Assembly: GCA_040220235.1 (NCBI GenBank)
Contig: JAVJTO010000123.1
DNA from: Coleofasciculus sp. B1-GNL1-01
Lineage (GTDB): Bacteria > Cyanobacteriota > Cyanobacteriia > Cyanobacteriales > Coleofasciculaceae
DNA length: 64,000 bases
Direction: 5' to 3' (one strand)
The position numbers and the translations under genes are program-made. Under the pieces are notes generated by a model. The model ran no database searches and was not told the DNA's origin. It worked only from the letters and a program-made list of their open reading frames with translations. The first letter of the stretch is position 1. Each line of letters begins with the position of its first letter. This document shows positions 63,101 through 64,000 of this stretch, piece after piece.

Positions 63101-64000
63101 TCCGTATCCGGTCCATCCGGTAACACATTCCTATCATCAGGTCCAGTAATGTTGATATCACCCTGAAATTGAATATTACCCATTGCTTCCACTAATAACG
63201 ATGTCCCGGTATAGTTAGCTGCAACATCCACATTCCCAGTAGCACTAATAATCGGGTCATTAAGGCTGACAAAATTTGCCAGTCCCCCCGACACACTTTG
63301 AATCACAAAACTGCCACCACTGGCAAAACGAGCATCCCCAGAAATAATTCCATCACTCCTTAAGATTAAATCACCCCCACTCACAAATGGTGTCTGTGTC
63401 GGATGATTCAGCGCCCAAATATCAATACCGCCATTCCCCTGAATCGTTAGATTTTCACCCGCTTGTGCCAAAAACGGTGTCGCCACACTATCCCGCACTT
63501 TCACAGTATCCTGGGCAAAAAGGGTTAAATCACTGCCAGAACGTAACTCTCCCTGTAAATCCAAATTCTCCCCATCTAAGGTCAGATTTCGTCCGGTGGT
63601 TAAATTCCCCCGATTCGTAATCTTACCCCCCGCCGCTTCTACAGCATTATAAAATAGCGCCCCAGGACTTACCGAGAGTAAACGACTACTCTTCGGTTGA
63701 GTCGCACTAAAAACCCCATCCTCACCCAACTCTATCCCTGATGCTGTGGTGGCGACAAAGGAACCTTCTATATCTAAACTGGCATTTTCGCCAAATAAAA
63801 TCCCATTGGGATTGAGTAAAAATAGATTCGCTTCACCCAATACCCCTAACCTGCCCAATATAGTCGAGACATTATCCCCAGTAACACGGGAGAGGATATT
63901 TTCTATCCCATCGGGATTCGTAAAATAAACCCCTCTCCCTTCCCCAATATTAAACTCTAAGAAACTATGAAACAGATTCGCGCCGCGAGTGGCGCCCCCA
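57172..64000 (-). CDS. TpsA filamentous haemagglutinin-like exoprotein 2 (5' end outside the window)
   Basis: Frame stays open to the window edge (GGATRGANLFHSFLEF…). NPNGILFG, long AGNGGxIxL repeats, same C-terminal domain as TpsA1. Confidence 0.92.
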   Translation of the reverse strand, partial: GGATRGANLFHSFLEFNIGEGRGVYFTNPDGIENILSRVTGDNVSTILGRLGVLGEANLFLLNPNGILFGENASLDIEGSFVATTASGIELGEDGVFSATQPKSSRLLSVSPGALFYNAVEAAGGKITNRGNLTTGRNLTLDGENLDLQGELRSGSDLTLFAQDTVKVRDSVATPFLAQAGENLTIQGNGGIDIWALNHPTQTPFVSGGDLILRSDGIISGDARFASGGSFVIQSVSGGLANFVSLNDPIISATGNVDVAANYTGTSLLVEAMGNIQFQGDINITGPDDRNVLPDGPDTETLSTRTALIMRSGQDTLAYGGVNSVPAPDYSTTDVPEGITIGGDVVLQPFNGVGGIVDLEAASGDVNTQLISTNGQQVSNFDNDAQGGAISIAANGSIKTGDLFSYSFSPLGNAGNGGDISLSAANGSIDSGSLISDSRSEKAGNAEDGGDIRLSAANDITITGGLLSYSYSNSGNAGNGGNINLSATNDITITGGLDSYSRSVDGDAGDGGAITLSAANGNISTNILNSRSRSVSFGNTGNGGDIRLSATNGSIDTEGLFSDSWSNSGNAGNGGVISLEAANGSITTGNLNSSSYSDTGIAGNGGTIRLEANNGSVSTGFLASNSRSYSAGSAGNGGDISLEATDDININGFLYSYSSNQGTTGNGGAISLSAANGINITGNLFSSSRSNSGDAGNGGAISLTAANDINITGNLFSYSWSPDSGNTEKGGAITLNTTNGSINTRSLNSVSLSNSGNARNGGDINLSAANDITITGGLDSYSRSVDSNAGNGGDIRLSATNGINITGNLLSYSRSNSGNAGDGGAITLNAANDINITGNLFSYSFSPDSGNTEKGGAITLNTTNGSINTGNLESVSRSNSGRAGQGGAITLSAAKGGISTGYLYSHSYSFLSNNTDNGGAISLTAANGINITGNLFSYSQSVDGNAGNGGDIRLSAANDITITGGLDSYSWSDSGNAGNGGDISLSATNGNISTNTLNSRARSVSSGNTGNAGNIRIESGDGINIRGLLLSDSWSSSGNAANGGNINLSAANDITIDDDAYANSVSDDGGTAANGGTISLVTANGSINTRNLWSDSRSNSGDAGNGGAITLNTTNGSINTRNLSSDSRSDSESAANGGAINISATNGSINTGNLLSAANSGSGSAGNGGLITLFANGNITTGEIDSQTEGAGNGGNITLTSTAGEIDTTGGNVTSQIRDNSGGTGNAGTIIFTARGDIRTATLNSSAESGNGSLIHLTSTNGTIDTTEGDLATDSRSGNAGDIQLDAFGDIIPGEIISTIYSSDPLARGGDITIVSENGVVRVENNHTIRSRTFGAGKGGDINLEGQSIFISNNSRLSATTFGQGDAGSVNIVAYDTVIIDKDSNIFSQVNTQGEGDGGSINITTGSLSVNTGASLSAPTFGQGNAGSVNINARHTVSFDDGKVFSSVAQGAVGQGGDINITARSLSLTNDAELFIATSGRGNGGSISIEADQLSLSSNAALIGDVNPGGEGRGGDINLNVKGTLSLTGGETAPTGESTRITLGVLTGGTGSGGDLNIRAGSLILTDGAIIKNSTQGQGDAGNIYVNADVVDILGSVPSSGLPSGLFTSTDTTFDAGDIVIDTQTFRIADGAALSARSKGDGQGGDITVNVGSTFEATGGGQLITTTFGQGQAGDIFVNATDQITISGSDPNYANRIAKFPNPIDPFVANGITETGPNSGLFANTEIDSTGNGGNIEIVTTNFNLTDNAQISASTSGSGKGGNLTVTAPEAVTIRGNGQLSVETTGDGAAGNLSIDTQRLNISDSASISASTSSANPSGVGGNITINATESFHLTNQASLLAQSTGAAKAGNVTINTEQLTADNGSITTSATATSLGEGGSIDVNASQINLKGTEIGLLAETEGVAPAGALTLQPFANGQNLTINLQDNAKISAATSGSGEGGSLSVTAPESITIRGQGQLSVETTGDGAAGNLTIDTQNLTITDGATISASTASPNPQGLGGNLTINASESFTLTNQARILAQSTGAAPAGTITVDTGQLSANNGSIETSATQSAGGAITITASDIRLFGDSDIRTDVASGVGGGGNITLTADTILAFADSDILAFAQDGKGGDITFNTPVFFGFAYAPAPKGTDPDTLDHNGRVDINATGAVEGVITLPDTSAVRNSLTPLSNNQIDTDKLIAESCIARRHEPKRGSFFITGTGGIPFRPGDLYVTPYQTGTVRSIPSQGDGEAGEESSSTRRPWKIGDPIIEPTGIYRLANGELIMGRLCGE

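Overview
Chromosomal window from a cyanobacterium, shown by frequent HIP1 GCGATCGC octamers, ndhP, gifB and heptamer STRR-type repeats. The repeat style suggests a filamentous Oscillatoriales-like strain (inference). 1-17 kb is mostly housekeeping: a broken NACHT-HEAT gene, gifB with its glutamine riboswitch and NtcA box, smpB, a comA-like nuclease, a cysteine desulfurase, tRNA-Thr, the unlisted small gene ndhP, a beta-CASP hydrolase, an aldose epimerase, tRNA-Lys and fbaA. 17-64 kb is an accessory region almost entirely on the minus strand. It holds a decayed IS1634 that truncates a TpsA gene, a two-gene caspase module (caspase + alpha/beta-hydrolase; caspase + STAND NTPase + TM + WD40 + solute-binding domain) whose proteins share an identical SRDLEPR motif, and a TpsB with two large TpsA adhesins. 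Between the TpsA genes lies the best candidate for an undescribed system. Three double-glycine precursors with an unfamiliar leader and very short aromatic cores (WYIAKPQFSKYPYTLF, SSYPYWIAFW, LFFWWYK) sit beside an NHLP-type exporter with no modifying enzyme. A PEP-CTERM S1 protease, a truncated receiver-AraC regulator and a HEAT-TM-NTPase protein are nearby. A 122-bp upstream element recurs, fully or partly, in front of five genes of this region. All calls come from reading the sequence; no searches were run.
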